DNA of 64,000 nt from Clostridia bacterium (lineage in GTDB: Bacteria > Bacillota > Clostridia > UMGS1840 > HGM11507), in NCBI GenBank assembly GCA_045658425.1, contig JAZOVB010000231.1, forward strand, positions 1,284 through 65,283. The letters run 5' to 3'. Shown one piece after another: positions 19,282-28,868 of this stretch (position 1 is the first letter of the stretch; each line of letters opens with the position of its first letter). A program made the translations under genes and the position numbers. Under the pieces are notes generated by a model. That model made no database searches, was not told the DNA's origin, and saw only the letters and a program-made list of their open reading frames with translations.

Positions 19282-20052
19282 TCAACCAATTAGTAATTTT
19301 GTATTATAATCTGTTACAAATAGCACACACGTACATAATACATATATGAATCCTGCGTTACTTAGAGATACTTTGTTTTGTTCCTTCAGTGTGGCAATGT
19401 AGTCAATTTGCTTCGCAAAGTCAATCAACGCAGTATTATCCAAATCATACTTGTTATTTAGAATATATGACATTTTCTTTAAATTGTGAATCATAACTTC
19501 CTGTAATAATGTTCTATCATATTTTCTGTAGTCATGAAACTTTGTTTCTGCACCAACAGTTTCTTTATAGTGCTCAATATCAATAACATTACATATTCTA
19601 TCTCTGTAAGAATCGTCCGGCAATGGTTTTTCATTCAAATGTCGATATGATTCTATCATAGGATAATTTATATATAACTGTCCGTTTTCTACTGAATCAT
19701 TAAAAAACATACTCATATTTTCTAATGTGTCAGCATTAAATCTTGGATCTTGTCTTTCATAATCAAACACTAAAAATATGTCTGTTATTTTTTTGCCTTT
19801 TATTTCGGGAAATTTTGCTTCTAAAAAACCTCTAAATTCTATATCATCATACTCATACCAATTTTGTCCAAACTCATTTGTTAAATCATCATTTAATACC
19901 CATAGATTTGTATTATACACCAAAACATTTTCAGGTGACAGCTTTATTTCAGGAAAACACTTAATAATTTGCCCGAATAAATTAACCTCGTCATCTGCGC
20001 CCTCAACAACTAGAAGAATATTTCGACTTTCATTATACATCGAATTCACCAT
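19282..20052 (-). CDS. TOPRIM-like protein of the RloB / DUF4435 / DUF4276 class (AbiLii- or AriB-like)
   Basis: 256 aa. ILLVVEGADDEVNLF (E-G acidic motif), LVFDYERQD, INYPMIESY (resembles the SNPCFE motif of RloB). Overlaps the ATPase gene; alternative start ATG at 20040 (MYNES) with GGTGA upstream. Confidence 0.6.
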   Translation of the reverse strand: MVNSMYNESRNILLVVEGADDEVNLFGQIIKCFPEIKLSPENVLVYNTNLWVLNDDLTNEFGQNWYEYDDIEFRGFLEAKFPEIKGKKITDIFLVFDYERQDPRFNADTLENMSMFFNDSVENGQLYINYPMIESYRHLNEKPLPDDSYRDRICNVIDIEHYKETVGAETKFHDYRKYDRTLLQEVMIHNLKKMSYILNNKYDLDNTALIDFAKQIDYIATLKEQNKVSLSNAGFIYVLCTCVLFVTDYNTKLLIG

Positions 20053-21163
20053 TCTTATATAATTTCTCCAAATTATGCCCTTGTCTTAATTCTCTGCTTG
20101 TTGCTTCGCAGATAGGTGTCAAGTTGCCGTTACTTAATATCATAAAGCAATCCGGGCGCATAATTGAATTGCTTAATAAATTAGTATTATGAGAAGTTAA
20201 AATAACTTGACAATCAAATTCTTCTTCAAGCAATCGCACAATTTTTTCTGACAACTCAAAATGATAATATGCATCATATTCATCCATAAATACAAAAGAC
20301 GGTTTATTTCGATTTAAATATTGTAAATAAAATCTTGTTAAAGCTAAGGTTCCACTTGACATATTACTAGAGAACAACAATGGTTTCTTGTGGTCAAAGT
20401 ATAGTTCTTTGTTTCCCTCCGGTTGTTCTTTCATAACTAATTTACACTTAACGCCGCAATCGTTCAAAAACTTTTCAAAATTATCCAAATCTTCTTGTTC
20501 TTCAAAGTATTCCTCAAAATTAAAACGAATACGCATATTTGCATTTGCTGAGGTTGTAAATTTCATATTTTTTATAAATTGGGATAATTTATATATAACC
20601 GAAGTGTCTTTTTGAACAGTATTGTAAATGATATATCTGAGAGCTGTGGGATTTGTGGATTCTTTATCATCGTTAACACTAGCATCAAAGAATTCATCCC
20701 AATTCAATTCGTTTGCATTAATTTCATTCACATTTGAGAAGTCTTTTGTTCCATCATCTAGATTATAGCAGAATATCGTTTGATTATTTATGGTTAATTT
20801 TTCAAAAACGGTATCAAAAATGTCCCTTTTTTTATATTCGTAATCCAGCACATCGCTTCCAAATTGGAACGAATAGAAAAATTCTATTAATTCGTCATCA
20901 GCAGCATCGGCATTTTTATACATTCTTTGGTCATTTCGATAATAAAACGGATTTCTCGTAACCTGAATATCATAAACAATATCATATAATGCAGAACCCA
21001 AGTTGCTTTTTCCTTCTGCATTTTTTCCATAGATAATCATTTTGCTAATCAAATCAGAATTAACGCAATATTCGTTATATTTGTAGTCATGAACATTAGT
21101 AAAATCAATACTAATAGTGTCTCTAAAATTCTTATAATTTTTCACTTGAAACTTTCTAATCAT
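20033..21163 (-). CDS. ABC/SMC-like AAA_21-type ATPase (AbiLi- or AriA-like)
   Basis: Walker A YGKNAEGKSN, SSGT signature-like text, Walker B FVFMDEYDAY, H-loop ILTSHN. Start chosen at ATG 21163 (MIRKFQVKNYKNF) with GGAGGGA 5 nt upstream; the track ORF extends to 21184. Confidence 0.8.
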   Translation of the reverse strand: MIRKFQVKNYKNFRDTISIDFTNVHDYKYNEYCVNSDLISKMIIYGKNAEGKSNLGSALYDIVYDIQVTRNPFYYRNDQRMYKNADAADDELIEFFYSFQFGSDVLDYEYKKRDIFDTVFEKLTINNQTIFCYNLDDGTKDFSNVNEINANELNWDEFFDASVNDDKESTNPTALRYIIYNTVQKDTSVIYKLSQFIKNMKFTTSANANMRIRFNFEEYFEEQEDLDNFEKFLNDCGVKCKLVMKEQPEGNKELYFDHKKPLLFSSNMSSGTLALTRFYLQYLNRNKPSFVFMDEYDAYYHFELSEKIVRLLEEEFDCQVILTSHNTNLLSNSIMRPDCFMILSNGNLTPICEATSRELRQGHNLEKLYKNGEFDV

Positions 21164-21224
21164 AACTATCCCTCCAATAATCAATATATGATCGCATTCT
21201 TATTATACCACATGGTATCAAAAA

Positions 21225-21267
21225 AATCAATAGTATGCCGTAAAAAAATTACGGCATACTATTGATT
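21225..21267. terminator. strong bidirectional hairpin separating ICE debris from the defence genes
   Basis: Perfect 19-bp stem AATCAATAGTATGCCGTAA / TTACGGCATACTATTGATT with an A5 loop, flanked by A- and T-runs. Confidence 0.7.
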
Positions 21268-21344
21268 TTACTTATTGACTAAAAATTCCACTTGTCAAAG
21301 TGCTGAAAATGAGCGAAAATCTCATATACAATAGCCTTTATTTC

Positions 21345-21518
21345 TTATCCGATTTTACAACCCTTTGAAACAAGGTCTGTTACAGTTTTAATGCCTATAT
21401 CTCTGTTTTCAAAAAAGATTTCTTTTCCATTTGGATTTTCTTTAATTGAAATTACTTTCTCGCTTTCATCAATCCATACAGACCAAGCCGATTTAAGATT
21501 TGCTGTATTTTCATTCAT
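21345..21518 (-). CDS. hypothetical 57-aa protein overlapping the stop of the YD-repeat/M23 ORF
   Basis: My translation: MNENTANLKSAWSVWIDESEKVISIKENPNGKEIFFENRDIGIKTVTDLVSKGCKIG. The ATG overlaps the upstream TAA (TAATG). No family recognised. Confidence 0.3.
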   Translation of the reverse strand: MNENTANLKSAWSVWIDESEKVISIKENPNGKEIFFENRDIGIKTVTDLVSKGCKIG

Positions 21519-22306
21519 TATCCAACAAGCTCAGGGTTGAAGTATTCTCCGTTTATAAGTACCTCAAAATGCAGATGTGCTCCTGTTGAGGTTCCTGTTT
21601 TACCAACTTTGCCGATATTTTGACCTCTTACAACTTCATCGCCTTTTGCTACAAGCAATTCTTGCGTAAGTCCGGCATATACGGTTTGAATATTATCTCT
21701 TTCAATTATGATGAAATATCCTCTTTCAGCGTTTCCGTATTCATCAGTTTCAGTTACGACATTACCCATAAAGTCGTATGAGATTTGACGTGTTTCCGTC
21801 CAGCCTTCATTATTTGCTCTTGCTGATTTTACGGAAGTAATATTTCCTGCGTAATCGGATGTATATGTTTCGTAATCACTTCCAACTTCGGTTTTGATTT
21901 TATTGCCATAGTTGTCGTAGTAAATACTTGTAACCACTGACGGATTATTTTCACCACCAACCACAGTTACGGTTTCCTTGCGATAATCGGCTGTAACATC
22001 ATAGGAATATGTTTCTTTATACACAAGTGTTCCAGAGTTGTCATAAACCTCTTTTGTAAGTGGTCTTTGGAGAGTATCGTAGGTGTACTGTATTTTATTA
22101 TATTCTTTCTGGTATCCATCCGAATTATAATCGTCGGTATAAATAATTCCGGTTTCAACATTACCAAAAGAATCATAGTACAAATAATTATGGTCTAACG
22201 CCAAAGTTCTGTAACGTATATTTTTAATTTCCCTTTCAGCAGTATAGTAGGTTCTTATATTTTTACCCAATTCATCTGACTTGTGTGATGCCTGCGACAG
22301 TATCAT
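21518..22306 (-). pseudogene. chimeric remnant: YD/RHS-repeat segment fused to the C-terminal half of an M23 (LytM) peptidase domain
   Basis: YD-type repeats (YYDSFGN, YTYDTLQRP, YDNSGTL, YYDNYGNK, YDFMGNV, DEYGN), then GYFIIIERDNIQTVYAGL...GKTGTSTGAHLHFEV. No SD sequence before the first Met and no signal peptide. Confidence 0.5.
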
Positions 22307-22330
22307 TAAAAATTGTTTATGTTTTATTTT

Positions 22331-22963
22331 TTATTTTTTATGTAAGCACTCCATAGCTTGTTCGGAGATTTGCTTCATTCCTAACTCAGTAGGATGACCA
22401 TTTTCCTTGTCTATTTCTTTAAGACATAAATATTTAATTTCATTTTTTTCACAAGCTTCTACGAAACCTTTAGTGATTTCTTGTTTTAAATCAGTATTTA
22501 TGATAACAATTACATCTTCAACAACTTCTTTTGCTCTGTTGATTAGGTAGCAAAATGCAGGCAACACACACTTTAAATTATCATCAGTCCAATCAGAATA
22601 CTTAAGATTTCCAACAGGAGCATCTATCCAAGAATCATTTGTTCCTCCGAATATAAACATCGTGTTGATTTTATTTTCGGTAAAAACTTTTTCGGCTATA
22701 TATTTATCAATTCTGCTAACAAACGATGATTCAACATCATACGTTTCTCTTACTGTATTGCAAATAGTTGAACCCGAAAAACTATCGTTAAGTATTATAT
22801 TGAGGTTGTTTTCATTTGCCAATATTTTCCACCATGTTTTCTCTACGCCCTTAACAATTGGTTTTTCTTTTCTTTCATCGCTATAATAAAAGCGATACCC
22901 TGCTGGAATATATCCCTCATAAGTTGAATAACTGTCACCCATTATAAATATATTATTTTTCAT
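22331..22963 (-). CDS. SGNH/GDSL-type hydrolase
   Basis: 210 aa. N-terminal IFIMGDSYS (GDS block I), GGTNDS block III, C-terminal GHP. GGAGGTAT RBS. Confidence 0.7.
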   Translation of the reverse strand: MKNNIFIMGDSYSTYEGYIPAGYRFYYSDERKEKPIVKGVEKTWWKILANENNLNIILNDSFSGSTICNTVRETYDVESSFVSRIDKYIAEKVFTENKINTMFIFGGTNDSWIDAPVGNLKYSDWTDDNLKCVLPAFCYLINRAKEVVEDVIVIINTDLKQEITKGFVEACEKNEIKYLCLKEIDKENGHPTELGMKQISEQAMECLHKK

Positions 22964-23070
22964 TTTTTTATACCTCCATTATATTTAACCTACCCGACAT
23001 AGTAGCACACAACACTCCACATGTTTCATTTATGTAATTTGAGCCATAAGTATATGATTTATCGCTTTCA

Positions 23071-23484
23071 TCAGGATTTGTAACATCTAAGTTTGCCTAC
23101 AAGAGAGCAGGCTTTCTTTACAACGTTTTTCCTTTCTGCAGATAAACTGTCGGAAAGGTTATCAATAACATCTTGAGCAGTTGTATTAGAAATTGCAAGG
23201 CTCTGTGTAGTTCCTATAAAACCATCAGCATTTTCAAGCAAAGTTTCAAGATCTTCTTTTTGTTTTCGTGTAAAGCCATATTCTGAAATCATTTCATCTT
23301 TCGCCTTTGCATTAATTGTAATATATAAAATGATTTCATTTGTTCCTCCGTTTGTTACAGTTTCAGTTCGTTTTGTAATTGTATGCATATCCCAAAACAC
23401 ATCTTTGAGCTTTTGTTTTTTAGCATCATCAATAACTACAACATCCTGAACTGTTTCATCATTTACTCTTGCAAAGATGGACAA
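23071..23484 (-). pseudogene. 5' fragment of an ICE NlpC/P60 (Tn916 Orf14-like) gene, paralog of 45694..46404
   Basis: KDVFWDMHTITKRTETVT...CSLVGKL aligns with the 45.7-kb copy at roughly 80% aa identity. Homology stops at about 23088, before the catalytic domain. The apparent start MSIFA lies inside the GH20 terminator hairpin. Confidence 0.6.
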
Positions 23485-23499
23485 AAAGTGTCCATCTTT
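23473..23499 (-). terminator. hairpin directly after the GH20-like gene stop
   Basis: AAAGATGGACA/TGTCCATCTTT, a perfect 11-bp stem 4 nt after the stop. The U-tract is weak on the minus strand. Confidence 0.45.
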
Positions 23500-23503
23500 T
23501 TAA

Positions 23504-25342
23504 TTAAAATTCGTATGTATTCGTTGCTATTTTAGGATATTTGGTAAACGGACTGAATGTATACGGAAGTATTTCCTCTTCAAGTTCTTCTATTATACTG
23601 ATTTCTCCGTTTAAATACCCATCAATTCGTTCAAATGCAGTCAGTGCTCTTGCCTTAAGCCCTGCATATCTTATATCTATAACTTCCCATCCAAATGGTT
23701 TATTATATAAAAACCACAGTTTTTTATGCATTTTATGGCAAGCATCTATAAACAAATACAAATCATTTTTCAGCAACGAAGCAATCTTTGAAAGTTCTTT
23801 TTTATCTTGTTTTTTATAAGCATCCCTTAATTTTTCCGCAATATAACATTTTATCTCCAAAGTTTTAAAAATGTATGCTATATATTCATAGTGAGGTTGC
23901 CATACATTTTTTGTTTTTGCATATTCGGAAAATTTTTCTGCATACTTACTATAATGCTCGCTCATTGGTTGTTCTTTTAAATACAAATCCGCCTTTCCAA
24001 GCAAAATATCTTGATAAAACAAAGTTTTACCGTGAAATCTTTCCATAAAGGTTTTATTTTCAATTCCTTTATCAAAAATATTCTGATATGCACTCATATT
24101 TTCAAACATTTCCGGACTTGTCCCTGTTATACACTCAAATCTTTCACGATATTTTTTTTCATTACCGTAAGCATATTCCGCTGCATAACAAAGAGTGAGC
24201 AAACTGTAAAAATGATTACATTCATTGCCATTATCTCCCCACACAGTTATAATAGTTTCATCTATATTATGTTTACTGCATGCCTTTAGTGCCAACTCCG
24301 TACATTCGAGTGCATAGTTTGTTTCGGGAAGATGCCCCGACCATGTCCATGCACCCCCGAAAAATATTACCTCTCTTTTTAGTTTCTTATGCTTTTTCAG
24401 CATATAATCATCGCAACCATATTCTTCGCCGTAATGCCAGTATATAAGAGTGACGTTTTTGGGAATTTTTGATATAGTATCGTCTGTTATTTCAGAGTCT
24501 TTATCATAATAATATCCTTTCTGTGAAGACATATTAAAAAACATATCACTGTAAATCATAGCTTGAACATCAAGTTTATCGGTGATTTCAAAAACTTTAT
24601 TAAGATGCTTTAAATAAATTTCCCTGGAATTTTTATACCCGTTTTTCTTAAGATAATTTCCAAGACCTAAAGTATGAGTTTCATCCATGCCAAGTACTAT
24701 TTTATTTGTTCTGAACGGTTCAAGAACTGATTTTATCATACTTTCAATAAATAAGTAGGTTTTTTCTTCTCCTACCATTAATTCTCCATGAGTATCTTTA
24801 ACATCAAAAGACTCTTCATGTTGTAAATACTGATAATGGTGCCCCAAAGCCTGAATACTTGGTATTACTTCAATACCATAATTAAACCCGTAATTATCAA
24901 TTTCTTTAAGTTCTTCTTTTGTATATCTTCCCCTTAGATATCCGAAATATTTTCTTTCAGGAACTTCAAACATATCCTCCATATATAAATAAAGTTTATT
25001 CATTCCCATTTTTGCCATATAATCCATATATTCTTTAAGTGAACTGACAGTAAGTGCAGCATTTCTTGATAAATCAAGTTGTACTCCTGCATTTTTTATT
25101 TTTGACGGTTCCGATATATTAAGTTTATTCCGAGCATCTTTAATTAAACTTAAAGCCCTGAAAAAGTATACTTTTTTTTGGTATATAATTTTGTATATCC
25201 CGTCTTTATATTTTATTTCATTGCTTTCTCCGCGTTCTGCAGTAATATTGATATCCTCCAAAATAAAACTTTCTTTGATATACTCTTTTAATTGATTTAT
25301 ACCATCTTTTAATTCTTCAGGCAGAAATTTAAAGTTTATCAT
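23504..25342 (-). CDS. GH20-like beta-N-acetylhexosaminidase-family protein (cytoplasmic)
   Basis: 612 aa with no signal peptide. LDLSRNA...MGMNKLYLYMEDMF...IEVIPSIQALGH...VLGMDETH follows the GH20 TIM-barrel pattern (D-E catalytic pair position). Confidence 0.55.
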   Translation of the reverse strand: MINFKFLPEELKDGINQLKEYIKESFILEDINITAERGESNEIKYKDGIYKIIYQKKVYFFRALSLIKDARNKLNISEPSKIKNAGVQLDLSRNAALTVSSLKEYMDYMAKMGMNKLYLYMEDMFEVPERKYFGYLRGRYTKEELKEIDNYGFNYGIEVIPSIQALGHHYQYLQHEESFDVKDTHGELMVGEEKTYLFIESMIKSVLEPFRTNKIVLGMDETHTLGLGNYLKKNGYKNSREIYLKHLNKVFEITDKLDVQAMIYSDMFFNMSSQKGYYYDKDSEITDDTISKIPKNVTLIYWHYGEEYGCDDYMLKKHKKLKREVIFFGGAWTWSGHLPETNYALECTELALKACSKHNIDETIITVWGDNGNECNHFYSLLTLCYAAEYAYGNEKKYRERFECITGTSPEMFENMSAYQNIFDKGIENKTFMERFHGKTLFYQDILLGKADLYLKEQPMSEHYSKYAEKFSEYAKTKNVWQPHYEYIAYIFKTLEIKCYIAEKLRDAYKKQDKKELSKIASLLKNDLYLFIDACHKMHKKLWFLYNKPFGWEVIDIRYAGLKARALTAFERIDGYLNGEISIIEELEEEILPYTFSPFTKYPKIATNTYEF

Positions 25343-25521
25343 TTTTATTTGTCCTTTCGTTTATGAATAGAGATTATAAGATGTTATTGCATTTTCATAT
25401 TCGAACCCCGGTGACTTTTCCTGCCAGTCCGACAATGAAGAAATTTTATAATTATTTAATATGCATTTCTCTTCAATAATCGGTTTATTATATTCTTTCA
25501 TATTTTTATTCCTCCCTTTTG

Positions 25522-28500
25522 CTACTCAAAAACAAGTAAGCTGTTTTTGGAATACTCTGTTATTTCTTCTCCCTCTGATGTTCGATATATTGCATAATTT
25601 CTTACATAATAAGAAGATTTTTCTTTTCTTTCATCAATTAATTCAATTCCGAAATATGTTACTCCTGAAATATTTTTATTAACCCCCTCATATTTCCTTA
25701 CTGTTTTCCCATCAACATCGGAAATCTCGGGGTATTCTTTTTTTTCAGAATATAAGGTTCCGCTTTCAATAAGTTCTGTTTCAGGACTATTTGAAGCAAT
25801 TCCATAAATTATTACAGAATTCTTGTCTTCATCAACTGAATAAAAATCCAAAAGACATACAGTAAAATCTATTTCCAAATTATCCGTAAGCAGTGTATCA
25901 GAAGGATTTGAATTTTCTCCCGACTTATATATTCCTACCATATTCATATAATCTTTATAAGAAATATTAACATCCATAACATTGGCACAATCAGTCAGTG
26001 CCACATAAAGTTTGTTATTTATTTTAACAGGAGGGTATTTTGTATAATGAGATTTATAGTTTTCATATTTCGAGTATCTTTCCACAATATAATCGCCCTC
26101 GTTAAACACAATATATCTGTCTTTATTGATTAATTTTTCACCATTATCAAGAACTTGATGTTCATAACCAAAATAATCAGCTATTTCCTCTAAAGAAATA
26201 TACGCAGTATTATATCTGTACTCTGTGTTGATATTCTCAAAGTGGTTTTCATTAAACACATAAATATTTCTCCCCTGCTTTGCTTTGGAATTTGAGTATA
26301 TACTTAAATCTTTTTTATAAATTCCATCACCAAGATATTTAAGAGTATATTCTCCGCAAGGTGCCACAAAGGATAAAACTCCGCCTTCGGAAGTAACATT
26401 GGCTGTAAATTCAGTATTATCCGAGTAAATTTCCCATTTTCCCGCTTTGAGATTATCAATCTTATAAATAAGCGGAAACTCTGTTTCATTTGCCGATATT
26501 TTAATTTCATTTTCTGTACGTTCATCTGATAAGGAAATATATGAAACTCTGTCTTTAATCTGAACGCCGACATAATCATCCGCTTCAAGCATCTGAATTG
26601 ACAAAGGCTCAATATCATCTTTATCTTCGCTTACCCAAAGTACATTTAAAAAATACTCCGTTTCTTCTTCTTTAGATTTATAAGAAATCTCTGTCCTGTA
26701 ATCCCCTGTTTCCATATCGCGTACGGTCGGTGAATAATTAGTACCTTCTACCATCCATTCTTCACCTTCTCCGCCTACAATATCTATTTGCAGGTTATCT
26801 TTTTCGGGTAATAAAACAGTATTTATAAGACGTCCTGAATACCCGTTTTCACTGTTTTTTATGGTAATAGTATTTTCATCTACACCAGGCTCAAAAACAG
26901 AATGTAATAACCATTTTTTTTCATAATTCACCTGAGTTTCATCTGATACAATCTTATCAAAAACAATAAGCGCACCGGGATATACATCATCAAAGAAATT
27001 TTCAAACATAAAAGTCCTTGTGTACTTTTCAGCTTTACCGTTATATGCCTTTGTCAAATCTCCTTTTAAATATGTATAAGACGGAGAATGTAAATCTTCC
27101 CCATAATCATACCCTAAAACTTCTCCGTATTCAGTTGCCCATCCCTTAATATCCTCAAAAGTATTAGTATTATTTATATATGTAGGAGGCTGCTGCCCAC
27201 CTGCAACAGGATATGCCTCTCCGTAAAAAGAAGTTTCTTCAGGGTTAATTATAAGAAGAGAATTGTGTGCAATAGTTTGCTTGTTATATCCATAATCATG
27301 CGGGGTTCCAAAATAATCATAATATCCGCTGTCGATAGCCAAAGGTCCTTTGTAATATATTTCAAATTCTCCCGAATCAAGATGCCCGTGTCCTTTAAAA
27401 AATCTTTCCGGAGTTTTCATTGAAACCATAAGTACATCTGAATCTTTGCCTTCTTCCCAGCCTGTTCTTGCAGTCATAACACCCGAATGATAACCGTACC
27501 ATCTGGAAAGAGGTAACTCTGAAATTGACTTTAGTCCGATTTTTGGATTATCAAGAATAAGAAAATGTACTCTGCTTACCTGATAATTATTCGGTCCTAT
27601 GCTTTCTGAAAGTTTTTTTCCTGATGCACGGTAAAATTCCTGTCTGTAATACGGGTCGTTATACAAATTACCCGCAAGAAAACTTACAGGACCTATACCA
27701 TAGTAGGAGTCTATCCCGATATTATCATCACCATCACTTGTAAAACTTCCGTCCGGTCTTCTGCTGTATATAAAGTGATATACTATTTCCCTTTGATTTG
27801 AAGATAAATATTCTCCGCAATCAATTGTATTTAATATCCACTTAAGATATAACTCGTATGTGTGTCTTTCGCTTCCGTATTTTTCTCCCTGATTATGAAA
27901 TGAACTTTCATAAAAGTAATTAAGGGTAGGTATAAATTCATTAAAAATTCTATCAGAAATAAAATCATAATATTCAGGATATTCGTCAGCAACGGCTATG
28001 GAAAATGAAAAAAGATCTTTCATAAGCTGAGCTTCCATACTATGCCCTGAAATATATGCTTTTTCCGCTGCGGGAGGCCATCCTATTTCCATATTCCCTG
28101 CATGTTTAACACAAAGTGTTACTATCGTTTCTTTCTGGTCTTCAGTCAGTTTATCATAACACCAGTCATATACTTCCGCTGCAGTAAAAATCATTTGCCC
28201 TATATCTCTTGTTACGGTTACATCATCCTTGTTTGATATTTCAACCGGTTCAAAAGTACTAAGATAATTTATAATTCCATTAACAGATTTTGTTGCATAA
28301 TTTTCATCTTCATATAAAAGATAAAAAAATGCATTGGCCTCTATGTACTGCAGATAATCTCTGTTACGATTGGTTGATGCTTCCTCACCTAAAGGAGATA
28401 ACATACAATCGTATTCATTGTTTGCAGATTCTAAAACTGTATTATATACTGACAGATGCTCTTTACAATTAAGATTTTCTTTTATCGTTGCTATATCTTT

Positions 28501-28662
28501 ATTTCTTACAAGCAATCTCGGGTGTTCGTTCGGCAACTCAGGTGCTTTCAGTGTACCTGAAAGCATATCTTCCGCATTAATATTATATGAATCACACAAT
28601 CCTGTAACTGTCAATAAAGAAAGAATCAAGATTGCTATTATAAAAAATTTTATATATTTCAT
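25522..28662 (-). CDS. secreted heparinase II/III-like polysaccharide lyase family protein with a C-terminal copper-amine-oxidase-N-like domain
   Basis: 1046 aa with a signal peptide. HGHLDSGEFEIYYKGPLAIDSGYYDYFGTPHDYGYNKQTIAHNSLLI is heparinase II/III-like text. Paralog of 34481..38044. Confidence 0.7.
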   Translation of the reverse strand: MKYIKFFIIAILILSLLTVTGLCDSYNINAEDMLSGTLKAPELPNEHPRLLVRNKDIATIKENLNCKEHLSVYNTVLESANNEYDCMLSPLGEEASTNRNRDYLQYIEANAFFYLLYEDENYATKSVNGIINYLSTFEPVEISNKDDVTVTRDIGQMIFTAAEVYDWCYDKLTEDQKETIVTLCVKHAGNMEIGWPPAAEKAYISGHSMEAQLMKDLFSFSIAVADEYPEYYDFISDRIFNEFIPTLNYFYESSFHNQGEKYGSERHTYELYLKWILNTIDCGEYLSSNQREIVYHFIYSRRPDGSFTSDGDDNIGIDSYYGIGPVSFLAGNLYNDPYYRQEFYRASGKKLSESIGPNNYQVSRVHFLILDNPKIGLKSISELPLSRWYGYHSGVMTARTGWEEGKDSDVLMVSMKTPERFFKGHGHLDSGEFEIYYKGPLAIDSGYYDYFGTPHDYGYNKQTIAHNSLLIINPEETSFYGEAYPVAGGQQPPTYINNTNTFEDIKGWATEYGEVLGYDYGEDLHSPSYTYLKGDLTKAYNGKAEKYTRTFMFENFFDDVYPGALIVFDKIVSDETQVNYEKKWLLHSVFEPGVDENTITIKNSENGYSGRLINTVLLPEKDNLQIDIVGGEGEEWMVEGTNYSPTVRDMETGDYRTEISYKSKEEETEYFLNVLWVSEDKDDIEPLSIQMLEADDYVGVQIKDRVSYISLSDERTENEIKISANETEFPLIYKIDNLKAGKWEIYSDNTEFTANVTSEGGVLSFVAPCGEYTLKYLGDGIYKKDLSIYSNSKAKQGRNIYVFNENHFENINTEYRYNTAYISLEEIADYFGYEHQVLDNGEKLINKDRYIVFNEGDYIVERYSKYENYKSHYTKYPPVKINNKLYVALTDCANVMDVNISYKDYMNMVGIYKSGENSNPSDTLLTDNLEIDFTVCLLDFYSVDEDKNSVIIYGIASNSPETELIESGTLYSEKKEYPEISDVDGKTVRKYEGVNKNISGVTYFGIELIDERKEKSSYYVRNYAIYRTSEGEEITEYSKNSLLVFE

Positions 28663-28678
28663 TTTTCACCTCTAAAAA

Positions 28679-28703
28679 AGAGAAACGCGAATTGCGTTTC
28701 TCT
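28679..28703 (-). terminator. terminator whose U-tract runs into the RBS of the downstream lyase gene
   Basis: AGAGAAACGC/GCGTTTCTCT, a perfect 10-bp stem with a 5-nt loop. The minus-strand TTTTTT is followed directly by AGAGGTGAAAAATG, the lyase RBS and start. Confidence 0.7.
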
Positions 28704-28709
28704 TGTCTG

Positions 28710-28856
28710 TTATGAACCCAATACATAAGTGCTTATTCCTGCATCTTTATAAAGCTCCCCATCTGCAGAGTTCAGCCATTCATCAAGCCCCGCTGCAATA
28801 ACCTCTTTAGAATATACACATAAGGTTTCCAGTTCCGGTTTTGTATATTTTCTCAT
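28710..28856 (-). CDS. hypothetical 48-aa peptide
   Basis: Below the track cutoff. My translation is MRKYTKPELETLCVYSKEVIAAGLDEWLNSADGELYKDAGISTYVLGS. GGAGGAAT RBS 4 nt upstream and the terminator 7 nt downstream. Confidence 0.4.
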   Translation of the reverse strand: MRKYTKPELETLCVYSKEVIAAGLDEWLNSADGELYKDAGISTYVLGS

Positions 28857-28868
28857 TGCCATTCCTCC

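Noticed and set aside
23473-23484. Apparent ATG start (MSIFA) of the 137-aa NlpC/P60 fragment
   Set aside because: The codons lie inside the hairpin that follows the GH20-like gene. The ORF start is fortuitous and the fragment is a pseudogene.
25461-25682. 73-aa plus-strand ORF between the GH20-like and lyase genes, and 28370..28675 at the lyase 5' end
   Set aside because: Both are antisense overlaps with well-supported large genes, with hydrophobic low-complexity translations typical of AT-rich antisense frames.
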